From contig CAXXJS010000010.1 of assembly GCA_963662665.2 (NCBI GenBank), positions 128,001-192,000 on the forward strand: DNA of 64,000 bases, given 5' to 3'. Made by a program: the position numbers and the translations under genes. This DNA comes from Candidatus Latescibacterota bacterium. Lineage in GTDB: Bacteria > Latescibacterota > UBA2968 > GCA-2709665. How positions within the stretch are numbered: position 1 is the stretch's first letter; each line of letters begins with the position of its first letter. This document shows positions 29,651-40,081 of the stretch, one piece after another. A model generated the notes under the pieces. That model was not told the origin of the DNA and searched no databases. It saw only the letters and a list, made by a program, of their open reading frames with translations.

Positions 29651-30913
29651 GTGGACATATTGAAAGATCTGAACTTCCAGGGATATGTTTTTCAGGTAAC
29701 GGACGCCAACGGACTCAAGGCGTTGCTCGCCCGTGGACCGGTTTCGCTCTATTCCGGATTCGACCCCACGGCGGACAGCCTTCACGTCGGCAACCTGATA
29801 CCCATTCTGGGACTGCGGCGGTTTCAGTTGGCCGGACACCATGCAATCGGCCTCATCGGGGGAGGAACCGGCCTGATTGGCGATCCGAGCGGCAGCAAGG
29901 AGGAACGCAGTCTGAATCCACCCGACGTGATCGCGGCATATACGGAGAAACTGACTGAACAGCTGACAAGGTTCCTGGATTTCGAAACGGCAACCAATCC
30001 CGCGCAGGTAGTCAGCAATATGGGCTGGCTTTCCGAACTCAAGGCGATCGACTTCCTGAGGGACACGGGCAAGCATTTCTCAATGGGCTATATGCTGGCG
30101 AAAGAGTCCGTGGCTTCCCGGCTGGATTCCGGAATATCGTTCACCGAATTCAGCTATATGGTCATTCAGGCATACGATTTTATGGAGTTGTTTCGGACGC
30201 GCGGATGCAAGCTGCAAATTGGCGGGAGCGATCAATGGGGTAATATCACGGCGGGAATCGAGCTGATCCGTCGTCGACTGGGCGGGCAGGCTTACGGGCT
30301 GACGTTTCCACTGTTGGAGAAAGCCGACGGGTCCAAGTTCGGCAAGACGGCATCCGGTACCGTCTGGCTGGACGCGAGACGAACAACGCCCTATCAGTTC
30401 TATCAGCACTGGATTAATTCGGATGACCGGGACGTCGTGAAGTTTCTGAAGCTGTTTACGTTTCTCCCGGAGGGTGCGATTCGAAATCTGGAAATGGAGG
30501 TGGAACAACATCCGGAGAGGCGCGAAGCGCAGCGGGTGTTGGCCGAGGAGGTGACCACGTTCGTACACGACAGGTCCGCCACCGGCAGGGCGCGGCGGAT
30601 TTCCGAGGCCCTGTTTTATGGGGACCTGCGAAATCTGAGTGCGCAAGAGATAGAGGAAGGGTTCAGCGACGTGCCATCTCATTCGCTCAACGGCATTCCG
30701 GGAGTGGGCCTGGTGAATCTACTGGTAGACGTCCGCATTTCAACTTCCATGCGCCAGGCGCGGGAAGACATCAGATCCGGCGCGATTCATGTCAATGGCC
30801 GGCGTTGCACCGATATGGGCCGGATCCTTGAACCCTCAGACAGACTCGCCGGAAAATACCTGATCGTTCGCCGGGGCAAACGCCGCTACTTTCTGGTGCA
30901 CTGGAACAGTTGA
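29651..30913 (+). CDS. tyrS: Tyrosine--tRNA ligase
   Basis: GFDPTADSLHVGN, QIGGSDQWGNI, KFGKT, C-terminal S4 domain RRGKR. Confidence 0.98.
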   Translation: MDILKDLNFQGYVFQVTDANGLKALLARGPVSLYSGFDPTADSLHVGNLIPILGLRRFQLAGHHAIGLIGGGTGLIGDPSGSKEERSLNPPDVIAAYTEKLTEQLTRFLDFETATNPAQVVSNMGWLSELKAIDFLRDTGKHFSMGYMLAKESVASRLDSGISFTEFSYMVIQAYDFMELFRTRGCKLQIGGSDQWGNITAGIELIRRRLGGQAYGLTFPLLEKADGSKFGKTASGTVWLDARRTTPYQFYQHWINSDDRDVVKFLKLFTFLPEGAIRNLEMEVEQHPERREAQRVLAEEVTTFVHDRSATGRARRISEALFYGDLRNLSAQEIEEGFSDVPSHSLNGIPGVGLVNLLVDVRISTSMRQAREDIRSGAIHVNGRRCTDMGRILEPSDRLAGKYLIVRRGKRRYFLVHWNS

Positions 30914-31003
30914 CGGGCGGGTGTGCGGCCGCTTACGGGTATCGGAATGCAAATCAGGACACGCGGGACTCAGCTGGAAAACCAAGAGAGAGGATTCCTT
31001 ATC

Positions 31004-31981
31004 ATGAAAGCACCCTGGATTACGTATCGGCCGGAACTCAAGGTACTGGACTGTACAATTCGAGACGGCGGATTGATGAATGACCATCATTTCGCAGATG
31101 ATTTCGTGAAGGCCGTTTACGAAACCTGCGTTGAAGCAGGGGTCGACTATATGGAAATCGGGTACCGAAACTCCAAGAAATTGTTTCCCACGGGGAAATT
31201 CGGGGCCTTCCGACACAGCGACGAAGAAGATATCCGCAAGATAACGGGCGATCACGACCCTGAAACCACCGGCCTGAAGCTCGCGATTATGGCCGATGCC
31301 GGCAAGAGCGATTGGGCAGAAGACATCCTGCCGGCCAGCGAGAGCGTGGTTAGCATGGTACGCGTAGCCTGCTATGTCGAGCAGATCCCTGAAACCGTTG
31401 AAATGCTCTGCGACGCCCATGAGAAAGGCTATGAAACCAGTTGTAACATTATGGCCATATCGACGGTGCAGGAGGTTGAAATCGATCAGGCGCTCGACGT
31501 CCTGATACAGACGCCGGTTGGAACAATATGCGTTGTAGACAGTTTCGGCGCGCTGTACCGTGAACAGGTGGATATGCTCATTCGGAAATATATGGAAGCC
31601 GTCAGTGGAACGGGCAAGGAAGTGGGCATTCACGCGCACAACAACCAGCAACTGGCGTTCGCCAATACCCTGGAAGCGCTCATTCTGGGCGCCAACCGCG
31701 TTGATGCCACGGTGGACGGACTTGGACGGGGCGCGGGTAATTGCCCGCTTGAACTGCTGCTCGGTTTTCTGCGCAATCCCAAGTTCAAGATTCGACCCGT
31801 CTACAAGCTGCTGGAAGACCATTTTGTCAAATTGCGCGGTGAATTGACGTGGGGGGCCCTCGTTCCTTACAACATTACGGGCCAGCACAACCAGCATCCC
31901 CGCTCGGCAATGGCGCTCCTGGACGGTGACGACCGCAATCGCTATCTGGCGTTCTACGATCAGGTTATGCGGGATATCTAG
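31004..31981 (+). CDS. DRE-TIM metallolyase, 4-hydroxy-2-oxovalerate aldolase-like
   Basis: [32 protein letters not shown]. Confidence 0.85.
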   Translation: MKAPWITYRPELKVLDCTIRDGGLMNDHHFADDFVKAVYETCVEAGVDYMEIGYRNSKKLFPTGKFGAFRHSDEEDIRKITGDHDPETTGLKLAIMADAGKSDWAEDILPASESVVSMVRVACYVEQIPETVEMLCDAHEKGYETSCNIMAISTVQEVEIDQALDVLIQTPVGTICVVDSFGALYREQVDMLIRKYMEAVSGTGKEVGIHAHNNQQLAFANTLEALILGANRVDATVDGLGRGAGNCPLELLLGFLRNPKFKIRPVYKLLEDHFVKLRGELTWGALVPYNITGQHNQHPRSAMALLDGDDRNRYLAFYDQVMRDI

Positions 31982-32014
31982 CAGACCGGATGGACTTTTT
32001 CAACGGACTGCTAG
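31978..32014. repeat. MITE family A minimal copy
   Basis: CTAG-CAGACCGGATGGACTTTTTCAACGGACTG-CTAG; the left CTAG contains the aldolase stop codon. Confidence 0.7.
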
Positions 32015-32055
32015 CTCGATACGCCTGGCCACCACATCTGAACGGAATGGAAACG

Positions 32056-33267
32056 ATGGCACGTCTCAAGGCAGATGGATCCAACCCGACCTGGCCCGAC
32101 TCCGCGGGGCATTTCGGACCCTACGGCGGGCGATATGTCCCGGAAACGCTGATGCCCTTGTTGGAGGACCTGGAGGCGGCCTACCGCAACGCGAAGGACC
32201 GCCGGGATTTTCGGGAGGAACTGGACCGTTATCTCAGTGAATTTGTGGGAAGGCCCACGCCACTCTATTTTGCACAGCGACTGACCGCCGAACTGGGCGG
32301 CGCCAGAATCTACCTGAAGCGGGAGGATCTCGCGCACACCGGCGCGCACAAAATCAACAATACGATGGGCCAGGTTCTGCTTGCCCGGCGGATGGGCAAG
32401 ACGCGCATCATTGCGGAAACGGGTGCAGGTCAGCACGGCGTCGCGACGGCAACCGTGGCGGCAATGTTCGGTATGGACTGCGAGGTTTATATGGGCACCG
32501 AAGACATGGACCGGCAGGCGTTGAACGTGTTTCGGATGCGGCTCCTGGGGGCAAAAGTGACGGGCGTGGATTCGGGAAGCAGGACTCTGAAAGATGCGAT
32601 CAATGAGGCCATCCGGGATTGGGTGACGAATGTAGAGGACACCTTTTATATTTTCGGATCCGTCCTGGGACCTCATCCTTATCCGATGATCGTGCGCGAT
32701 TTTCAGCGGGTAATCGGGGTGGAAACGCGCGAACAGATCCTTCAGGCCGAAGGCCGGCTACCGGACTGTCTGATTGCATGCGTAGGCGGCGGCAGCAATT
32801 CGATCGGGTTGTTTCACGCCTTTTTGGAGGACTCGAAGGTTCGGATGATTGGCGTCGAAGCCGGAGGCCATGGAATCGCCTCCGGCGACCATGCGGCGCG
32901 ATTCCAGGGCGGGGATCTGGGGGTGCTGCACGGAGCAAGGATTTACCTCCTGCAGGACGACGACGGGCAGATCGCGCTGACCCACTCGGTTTCCGCGGGC
33001 CTGGATTATTCGGGTGTCGGCCCCGAGCACTGTCTACTGCGGGATGCCGGCCGGATCGAGTATGTGTACGCAACGGACGACGAGGCTCTTAAGGCCTTTC
33101 AGTTGTTGAGTCGCACGGAGGGTATCATTCCCGCACTGGAAAGCGCGCACGCGATCGCTCATGTGTCCCGAACAGCGCCCGGAATGGGCAAGAATGCCGT
33201 AATCGTTGTGAATCTGTCCGGTCGCGGCGACAAAGACGTACAGCAGGCGGCTAAGTACCTGGACTAG
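32056..33267 (+). CDS. trpB: Tryptophan synthase beta chain
   Basis: [38 protein letters not shown]. Confidence 0.99.
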   Translation: MARLKADGSNPTWPDSAGHFGPYGGRYVPETLMPLLEDLEAAYRNAKDRRDFREELDRYLSEFVGRPTPLYFAQRLTAELGGARIYLKREDLAHTGAHKINNTMGQVLLARRMGKTRIIAETGAGQHGVATATVAAMFGMDCEVYMGTEDMDRQALNVFRMRLLGAKVTGVDSGSRTLKDAINEAIRDWVTNVEDTFYIFGSVLGPHPYPMIVRDFQRVIGVETREQILQAEGRLPDCLIACVGGGSNSIGLFHAFLEDSKVRMIGVEAGGHGIASGDHAARFQGGDLGVLHGARIYLLQDDDGQIALTHSVSAGLDYSGVGPEHCLLRDAGRIEYVYATDDEALKAFQLLSRTEGIIPALESAHAIAHVSRTAPGMGKNAVIVVNLSGRGDKDVQQAAKYLD

Positions 33268-33314
33268 CGGCCCGTCTGGTTCACCGGATCGGATCGAAGC
33301 ACGGAGTTGACCTG

Positions 33315-34127
33315 ATGACAAGGATCGGGAAACGGTTCGAAGCGTTGAGGAAAGCCCGAAAGACCGGATTCGTCGCCTATATTACGGCGGGCGATCCGGA
33401 CCTGGCAACCACCCGGAAACTTGTGCCGGAACTGGAAAGGCGCGGGGTGGACATTCTGGAGTTGGGCGTGCCGTTCTCCGATCCACTGGCGGACGGGCCG
33501 GAGATCCAGCGGGCATCGCAACGGGCCCTGCGGCACCGGGTGTCCATCAGCGATGTACTGGATCTGGTGGCCGACCTGCGTCAGGAGACCGAGATACCGA
33601 TTGTGCTGTTTACGTATTTCAATCCGATGCACCGCTATGGTCTGAAGCGGTTGGTCGACCGGGCGGCCGAAGCGGGGGTGGACGGCATTCTGGCGCTGGA
33701 TCTTCCGCCCGAGGAAGCGGCAGACTACAAGGATCTGATGTCGGAACGGGGAATGGATACGATTTTTCTGATCGCGCCTACGAGCGGTGAGGAACGCATT
33801 CGACGGATCGCGTCTCACACCAGCGGATTTGTGTATTACGTGTCGCGCACGGGCGTAACCGGGGAACGGGACAGTCTGGAGGAAACGCTTGGAGACAGGG
33901 TGGCGGCCATCCGGCGACATACCTCTCAACCCGTAGCGGTGGGATTCGGAATTTCGACGCCCGAACAGTCCCGAGAGGTTGCAGGTTATGCGGATGCGGT
34001 CGTCGTTGGCAGCGCAATCGTGCGGCGTATTGCGGAGCGGCACGGAGATCCGGACCTCGTTTCGCACATCGGGGCATTTGTCGAAGAACTGGCGCAACCG
34101 CTTAAGGGAGCATCCGATGGATCTTGA
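33315..34127 (+). CDS. trpA: Tryptophan synthase alpha chain
   Basis: ELGVPFSDPLADGPEIQ, SRTGVTG, VGFGIS. Confidence 0.98.
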   Translation: MTRIGKRFEALRKARKTGFVAYITAGDPDLATTRKLVPELERRGVDILELGVPFSDPLADGPEIQRASQRALRHRVSISDVLDLVADLRQETEIPIVLFTYFNPMHRYGLKRLVDRAAEAGVDGILALDLPPEEAADYKDLMSERGMDTIFLIAPTSGEERIRRIASHTSGFVYYVSRTGVTGERDSLEETLGDRVAAIRRHTSQPVAVGFGISTPEQSREVAGYADAVVVGSAIVRRIAERHGDPDLVSHIGAFVEELAQPLKGASDGS

Positions 34128-34386
34128 CGACTGGAGGAAAGAAATCGACCTGCTGGACCAGAAACTTTTGGAGCTTCTGAATCGACGTGCCGGATGCGCC
34201 ATTGAAATTGGCAGGATTAAACGGGCAATTGAACAACCGATCTTCGTGCCGGAACGGGAGATGTCGATCCTGAACCGGATCCTTGAACTGAATATGGGGC
34301 CCATGGACGACGAGGCGGCGCGACGGATCTTTCAGCAGATTATCGATGAATCCAGGCGCCTCGCACAGGAAAACCACGAAAAATAA
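34117..34386 (+). CDS. Chorismate mutase (AroQ type, standalone)
   Basis: LDDWRKEID.LD..LLELLNRRA..IGRIK..PERE; AGGGAG RBS. Confidence 0.9.
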   Translation: MDLDDWRKEIDLLDQKLLELLNRRAGCAIEIGRIKRAIEQPIFVPEREMSILNRILELNMGPMDDEAARRIFQQIIDESRRLAQENHEK

Positions 34387-34479
34387 GCGGGGCGCGAAAC
34401 CTTATTGAATGCGTTCGTGAGCCCGGCTGAAACCGTTAACCGGATTGGCGGCCGCCCGAAAAACCGGAGGTGATGAACA

Positions 34480-35508
34480 ATGGCCTTTAATAAAAACGCA
34501 AGGCTGCCCACGCCGGAAACCGTACTGGAAAAGATGTCGCTGCCGAAAAGGCTGAAGAGGATAAAGGAGGAACGCGACGCCGAGATCAGGGAAATCTTCG
34601 AGCGGAGGAGCGATAAGTTCCTGCTGGTGATCGGCCCGTGTTCGGCGCACGATGAAGATGCCGTGTGCGAGTTCGTGTCCAGGTTGGCGAAACTCCAGGA
34701 GGCTGTCCGGGAAAGGCTGGTTCTGGTTCCCCGCATCTATACCAACAAACCGCGAACGACCGGCGAGGGGTACAAAGGCATGGGACATCAGCCGGACCCG
34801 CGGAAGGCGCCGGACATTTCCGAAGGCATCTATGCGGTCCGTCAGATGCACATCCGGGCGGTCGGGGAGTCCCACCTGACGGCTGCCGACGAAATGCTCT
34901 ACCCCGAAAACCTGCCGTACGTCGAGGATCTGCTGAGCTACATCGCCGTCGGCGCACGGTCCGTGGAGAATCAGCAACACCGATTGACCTGTAGCGGCGT
35001 TGACGTCCCCGTTGGGATGAAGAATCCGACGGGAGGAGATCTCTCGGTGATGTTGAACGCGATTCACGCCTCGCAGATACAACACGTCTTCATCTATAAC
35101 GGATGGGAGGTCAGCACCGGCGGCAATCCAATGACACACGCCGTGCTTCGCGGGGCCGTGGACGTTAACGGGCGAAGTATGCCGAACTATCATTTCGAGG
35201 ACCTTATGTACGCGGCGGCACTCTACGGTCAACGGCAGCTTGCCAATGCCACAGTCGTTGTGGATACGAATCACAACAATTCCGGCAAACAGTTCAGTGA
35301 ACAGCCCAGGATCGGGTTGGAGGTGATCCGCAGCCGGCGGAGTTCAGCGATATTGAACGACATGATCCGAGGGTTGATGGTAGAGAGTTATCTCGTTGAG
35401 GGTGCTCAGAACGTTAATGAAGGCGTGTTCGGCAAATCCATTACAGATCCTTGTCTGGGGTGGAAGGAGTCCGAGGCGTTTGTCAAAGAACTGGCTGATG
35501 GAATTTGA
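34480..35508 (+). CDS. aroG: DAHP synthase class I-alpha
   Basis: IGPCSAH, KPRT..GYKG, GARS, GMKN, HxN, G.SITDPC. Confidence 0.93.
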   Translation: MAFNKNARLPTPETVLEKMSLPKRLKRIKEERDAEIREIFERRSDKFLLVIGPCSAHDEDAVCEFVSRLAKLQEAVRERLVLVPRIYTNKPRTTGEGYKGMGHQPDPRKAPDISEGIYAVRQMHIRAVGESHLTAADEMLYPENLPYVEDLLSYIAVGARSVENQQHRLTCSGVDVPVGMKNPTGGDLSVMLNAIHASQIQHVFIYNGWEVSTGGNPMTHAVLRGAVDVNGRSMPNYHFEDLMYAAALYGQRQLANATVVVDTNHNNSGKQFSEQPRIGLEVIRSRRSSAILNDMIRGLMVESYLVEGAQNVNEGVFGKSITDPCLGWKESEAFVKELADGI

Positions 35509-35585
35509 AGTTGTTCGGGTCAGGAATCCTGCGGCGTCCGGAATGTCATTTAAACGCTTTTGCCAGCTCTTCCGAGGATGACGGT

Positions 35586-36698
35586 ATGGCCAATGATCCT
35601 CCGTTTTCGGGTGAGACGATTGCCATTGTAGGTGTCGGTTTGATCGGCGGATCTCTTGGCGTGGCGCTCAAGGGACTGGGCATCGGGCGAAGTATCGTCG
35701 GCATCAGCAGGCAGGAGACGCTGGATGCGGCCGAGGGGTTGAATGTAATCGACACGGGCTACCGCTATGACGACCTCGAAAGGGGGATTGCCGAGGCGGC
35801 GCTGGTTTTCCTGTGTACTCCCATCGTACGTATTCTGGACCTGCTGCCAGGGGTGCTGGGGGCGGCGCGAAAAGGTGCGGTTGTGACCGACGTGGGCAGC
35901 ACAAAACACGCGATCGTTTCCACGGCGTCGGCCCACAAACGGGATGGCGTGTACTTTGTAGGCGGGCACCCGATGGCCGGGTCCGAACACCGCGGTGTGA
36001 GCGCGGCGGATCCGTTTCTGTTTCAGAACGCGATCTACGTATTGACGCCGTCGCCGGACACACCCGATTTCGTGGTCGAAAAGCTCGCAAACCTTGCAAA
36101 GGCGCTTGGAGCGAGACCCATGAGGATGGCGCCTGGGGAACACGACAGGGCGGCTGCGGCGGTGAGTCACCTGCCGCAGATGATGGCTACAAGCCTGGTT
36201 TCCATGATCGGGCGCATGACCGAGGCCGAAGGGTTGCCTATAAGGATGGCGGCGGGCGGGTTTCGGGATCTGACGCGCATTGCATCCAGCCCGTTTGAAA
36301 TGTGGCGGGATATCTGCCATACGAACGCGGATCCGATCCGTGAGATGATCGATCTGTATATCGAATCGCTCACAGCGATGCGCGGTGCAGTGGACCACGA
36401 CCGTCTCGAGCAGGCATTTGCCTATGCGAATCGCGTTCGCGGGCAGATTCCGACGGATTCCAAGGGGTTTCTGCACCCTTTGTTCGAAATTCTCCTGGTG
36501 GCGGAAGACAGGCCGGGCGTGATTGCCGACGTCGCCCTGACCCTGGCCGGGGATAACATAAACATCAACGATATCGAGGTGTTGAACGTTCGGGAGGGCG
36601 AAGGCGGCACCATCCGGATGGGGTTCGATTCACGGCCTTGCGCGGAACAGGCCGTCGACGTCCTGGAGAAGGCAGGATACAGCGTCAGGCTGAGATAG
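35586..36698 (+). CDS. tyrA: Prephenate/arogenate dehydrogenase with C-terminal ACT domain
   Basis: GVGLIGGS, DVGSTK, GGHPMAGSE, SHLPQ, GFRDLTRIA; ACT-like EDRPGVIA. Confidence 0.95.
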   Translation: MANDPPFSGETIAIVGVGLIGGSLGVALKGLGIGRSIVGISRQETLDAAEGLNVIDTGYRYDDLERGIAEAALVFLCTPIVRILDLLPGVLGAARKGAVVTDVGSTKHAIVSTASAHKRDGVYFVGGHPMAGSEHRGVSAADPFLFQNAIYVLTPSPDTPDFVVEKLANLAKALGARPMRMAPGEHDRAAAAVSHLPQMMATSLVSMIGRMTEAEGLPIRMAAGGFRDLTRIASSPFEMWRDICHTNADPIREMIDLYIESLTAMRGAVDHDRLEQAFAYANRVRGQIPTDSKGFLHPLFEILLVAEDRPGVIADVALTLAGDNININDIEVLNVREGEGGTIRMGFDSRPCAEQAVDVLEKAGYSVRLR

Positions 36699-36770
36699 TC
36701 GGAAGGATCAGGAACCGAAAAGAGATCGCCGTCCGTCCTTTTGCAGCTCAATTTTGAAGAAGGCGTGGCT

Positions 36771-38078
36771 TTGAAATTCGCTGCTTCCGAAATTTCCCGG
36801 AGCACGAACAGTCCTTCACCGGGGCTTGTGGGGGCGTGCGACCTCCCCGGCGATGCCAGCATATCCATTATGGCTCTTGTACTGTCGTCCGCCGCCGACG
36901 GCATCTCACGGATTCACAGATGTTCCCGGAGACGCGAAGTCGAGCGGACCGGAGAGTTGCTGGCGGATCTCGGTATTCCGGTGGCGTGGGTCGGCGAGAC
37001 CGCAACGGTTACCGGCGGCCACTTCACGGCGACGGACGACAGACTCCACGTGGGCGGGTCCCTTGTTCTGTTTTCCTGTCTCGCGGGATTGCTGTCGAAT
37101 GCGCCTTTTGTGACCAGACTCTCAGGGGTCCGAACGGATGCCCGCATCGACGGGCTTTTCAACGCACTCACCGCGTTGGGCGCACCCCTGGACATTCCGC
37201 CTGAAGAACGGACGTCGGCATGTTTCGGAGGCGGAAAGTTAACGCCCGGATCCTTCCGTGTGGGACTTCCGGATATTGCGGTGAAGTGTGGAATACTTTT
37301 GGCCGGGCTGGGTGTGGACGGGCCGGTTGAACTGCTGCAGGACACTGGTGGGGACGACAACCTGGAAGTGCTGCTGCAGGCAGCAGGATGCGAGCTGAAA
37401 AAGAGCCGGATGAAGGGCGCCCCGGGTCATCGATTGTTACTGGAAGGACCGGTACGGCTCCGTGGCGTTGCGCATGAATTGCCGGGCTGCCCGGACGCGG
37501 GGCTGTTTCTGGCTCTGGCTGCGGCCATGTTGAAACGGTCTGAGTTGACAGTAACCCATTTTGGAATGGATTCGAGAAGCCGCAGGATCGTTGACATATT
37601 ACGCCGTATGAACGTCTCAATGGAAATAGAGCAATGCAGGACGGAATCCGGTTTCCCCGTTCGACGGGCTCGGATCAGGGGGTCCGAACTGCGTGGCATA
37701 AAAGTTGCGGGCGCGCATGCCAGACGCCTCCTGGACGTGCTCCCACTCCTGGCGGTCGCGGGTGCGGTTTCGAGGGGCGAAACGATCATACGGGATGCCG
37801 GGGCGTTGAGAGACGGACCGGTAGACTGCATTTCTGTACTGGTGAAAAACCTCAGGAAAATGCAGATTCAGGTCGGGGAGATACAGGATGGGCTGGTTGT
37901 GAAAGGCGGGCAATTGCAAGGCGCCGAACTGGATGCAGCCGGCGACGTCCGTGTGTCTATGGCACTCTCGCTGGCGGCGCTGTCGAGCGAAGGAGAAACC
38001 GTTATAATGAACCCGGGGGCCGTGGACCGGATTTTTCCGGGTATCACAAATCGACTCGCTGCGTTATTGGAGTCGTAA
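36771..38078 (+). CDS. EPSP synthase (AroA)-fold protein lacking most catalytic residues
   Basis: Full-length AroA-like layout (PGDASIS, VKC.ILLAGL, GET.I.DAG.LR, GD.R..MA, FPG) but key residues substituted. Confidence 0.8.
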   Translation: MKFAASEISRSTNSPSPGLVGACDLPGDASISIMALVLSSAADGISRIHRCSRRREVERTGELLADLGIPVAWVGETATVTGGHFTATDDRLHVGGSLVLFSCLAGLLSNAPFVTRLSGVRTDARIDGLFNALTALGAPLDIPPEERTSACFGGGKLTPGSFRVGLPDIAVKCGILLAGLGVDGPVELLQDTGGDDNLEVLLQAAGCELKKSRMKGAPGHRLLLEGPVRLRGVAHELPGCPDAGLFLALAAAMLKRSELTVTHFGMDSRSRRIVDILRRMNVSMEIEQCRTESGFPVRRARIRGSELRGIKVAGAHARRLLDVLPLLAVAGAVSRGETIIRDAGALRDGPVDCISVLVKNLRKMQIQVGEIQDGLVVKGGQLQGAELDAAGDVRVSMALSLAALSSEGETVIMNPGAVDRIFPGITNRLAALLES

Positions 38079-38164
38079 ATCGATTGGATGATTCTGTTGC
38101 CCGCCGCGTAAGGCAGCGGCCGCCTGAGACAGTGCGGGTCAATCATCGGAACGAGGAGAGTCTT

Positions 38165-38305
38165 ATGAGACTGGTTGTCAGGTTGTTCCTTCTGGCGTTG
38201 CTCGTGTTCTTCGGAGGCGTGATTTTCATTCGGTATACCTACAATTGTTCCTGGAAGGAGAGTTTTGCAATTGCCGACCAGTTTGTGTCGGATCTGACCC
38301 GTTAA
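38165..38305 (+). CDS. Small membrane protein (46 aa)
   Basis: GAGGAG RBS; single TM MRLVVRLFLLALLVFFGGVIFI. Confidence 0.6.
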   Translation: MRLVVRLFLLALLVFFGGVIFIRYTYNCSWKESFAIADQFVSDLTR

Positions 38306-38338
38306 CAGTCCTTTGATAAAGTCGCTCTGCAGGCGAGG
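38302..38338. repeat. MITE family A, single end
   Basis: TTAA-CAGTCCTTTGATAAAGTCGCTCTGCAGGCGAGG; overlaps the small-ORF stop codon. Confidence 0.7.
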
Positions 38339-38364
38339 CGCTGAACAGGTTATGGGAGTCTGTT

Positions 38365-39231
38365 TTGGGAATCGTCTCAACCACGCAACTGCTTGGGGTA
38401 ATAGGCGATCCGATCGCCCATTCGTTTTCGCCGGACATGCACAATGCGGCCATAAACGTCCTTGACATAGACTACTGCTATGTAGCCTTTCACGTTTTGC
38501 CGCATAGGGTTGAATCGGCAATTCAGGGCATGCGCGCCCTGCAGATCCGGGGCTTGAACGTAACCCTTCCTCACAAGACCGCGGTAATGGCGCACCTGGA
38601 CCGGATTTCCGAAGCGGCGCTGGCCGTGGGCGCGGTGAATACGATTTCGTTCGAGGATGGTGAACTCGTCGGCCACAATACGGACATATACGGGTTGGCC
38701 ACCGCGCTGGAGCGGACGGCGGGACTCGCCGTGCTGCCGGAGCATTGCGTGATTCTCGGTGCAGGCGGCGTGGCGCGGGCGGCCGTCTATGCGCTGGCCG
38801 CGCAAAACGAGGTACGGAGGATAAGCATTCTCAATCGAACCGTTGCCCGGGCGGAGGCGCTTGCTCGAGAAATGGAGCGGATCACGGGCAAGGCTATCGA
38901 CGCAGGGGATCTGTCGATAGACACACAGACGAGGCGGTTCGCGGATGCCGGCCTGGTCGTGAACGGTACTTCGCTGGGGATGTATCCGGACCTGGAGGGC
39001 ACGCCCCTTGCGGATTCAGACGCGATACACTCACACCTGGTACTCTACGATACGGTGTTCAACCCGCTGGATACGCTGCTGATGCGGCAGTTTCGATCCG
39101 CGGGTGCGCCGGCATATGGAGGACTGGATATGCTTGTTCACCAGGGTGCGCGTTCGTTTGCCATCTGGACGGGTATCGAGCCGCCCGTCCACGTTATGAA
39201 GCAGGCGGTAATCGGCCGGTTTCGAGCGTAA
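38365..39231 (+). CDS. aroE: Shikimate dehydrogenase
   Basis: GDPIAHSFSP.MHN, NVTLPHK, GAVNT, NTD, GAGG, NRT. Confidence 0.96.
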   Translation: MGIVSTTQLLGVIGDPIAHSFSPDMHNAAINVLDIDYCYVAFHVLPHRVESAIQGMRALQIRGLNVTLPHKTAVMAHLDRISEAALAVGAVNTISFEDGELVGHNTDIYGLATALERTAGLAVLPEHCVILGAGGVARAAVYALAAQNEVRRISILNRTVARAEALAREMERITGKAIDAGDLSIDTQTRRFADAGLVVNGTSLGMYPDLEGTPLADSDAIHSHLVLYDTVFNPLDTLLMRQFRSAGAPAYGGLDMLVHQGARSFAIWTGIEPPVHVMKQAVIGRFRA

Positions 39232-39232
39232 C

Positions 39233-39952
39233 GTGGCGGAGACCGATCTACAGGAACGCTGTGCCCGGCGAACCTTTGTGCGCCAGATGTTCGACGGCAT
39301 TGCCGGTACGTACGATCTGTTAAACCACCTGTTGAGCGCCGGCGTGGATATTCTCTGGCGGCGGTGGACAATCGACGCACTGGAATTACAGGCCGGCTGG
39401 TGGATTCTTGACCTTGCAACGGGAACCGGCGACCTCGGCCTGGAGGCGACCGCGCGTGATCCGGGGGTGCGGGTTGTGGGTGCGGACCTGTCCCTGCCGA
39501 TGCTTCGGCTTGGAAACAAAAAACTGAAAAAAAGATCCGGCCAACTGTCTCTCCTATGTGGAGACGCAGAACGGCTGCCGTTTACCGACGGGCGGTTTCA
39601 CGCTGTAACTATTGGTTTCGGCGTACGCAATTTTTCGGACCTGTCGGATGGCCTGCAGGAGATACAACGGGTTTTGCGTCCAGGGGGCCGGTTGGCAATT
39701 CTGGAGTTTTCCCGGCCCAGGTCGTTCCTGTTGCGCAGGGTCTACTTCCTTTATTTCAGATTTGTCCTGCCCGGTATCGGTCGGCTTGTTTCCCGGAATC
39801 CTCTGGCGTACCGGTATCTGTATGAATCCGTGATGCGTTTTCCGGAGGGCGAAGCATTCCAGAGGAGTCTGAGGCAAGCCGGTTTCGTCGAGACGGAAGA
39901 ACGCCGGCTGACATTCGGAATCGCCACGCTCTACCTGGCTTCAAAACCGTAG
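39233..39952 (+). CDS. menG: Demethylmenaquinone methyltransferase (UbiE/MenG)
   Basis: MFD.IA..YD.LN..LS.G, LDLATGTGD, FGVRN, LEFS. Confidence 0.92.
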   Translation: MAETDLQERCARRTFVRQMFDGIAGTYDLLNHLLSAGVDILWRRWTIDALELQAGWWILDLATGTGDLGLEATARDPGVRVVGADLSLPMLRLGNKKLKKRSGQLSLLCGDAERLPFTDGRFHAVTIGFGVRNFSDLSDGLQEIQRVLRPGGRLAILEFSRPRSFLLRRVYFLYFRFVLPGIGRLVSRNPLAYRYLYESVMRFPEGEAFQRSLRQAGFVETEERRLTFGIATLYLASKP

Positions 39953-40081
39953 AAACGACAAAAGAAGCGCGCCGCTCGGCGCGGGCCGGGAGGGGGGTAC
40001 GATGTGGTCCTCTACGCCTCTCCGATTCAAGCTGACAGCTGATGGCTTTGTCTGAGGGATACGGGGGAGAGATCGTCCTTT

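Noticed and set aside
29582-29651. Possible T-box before tyrS or trpE
   Set aside because: No T-box consensus or stem I; the gap before tyrS is too short.
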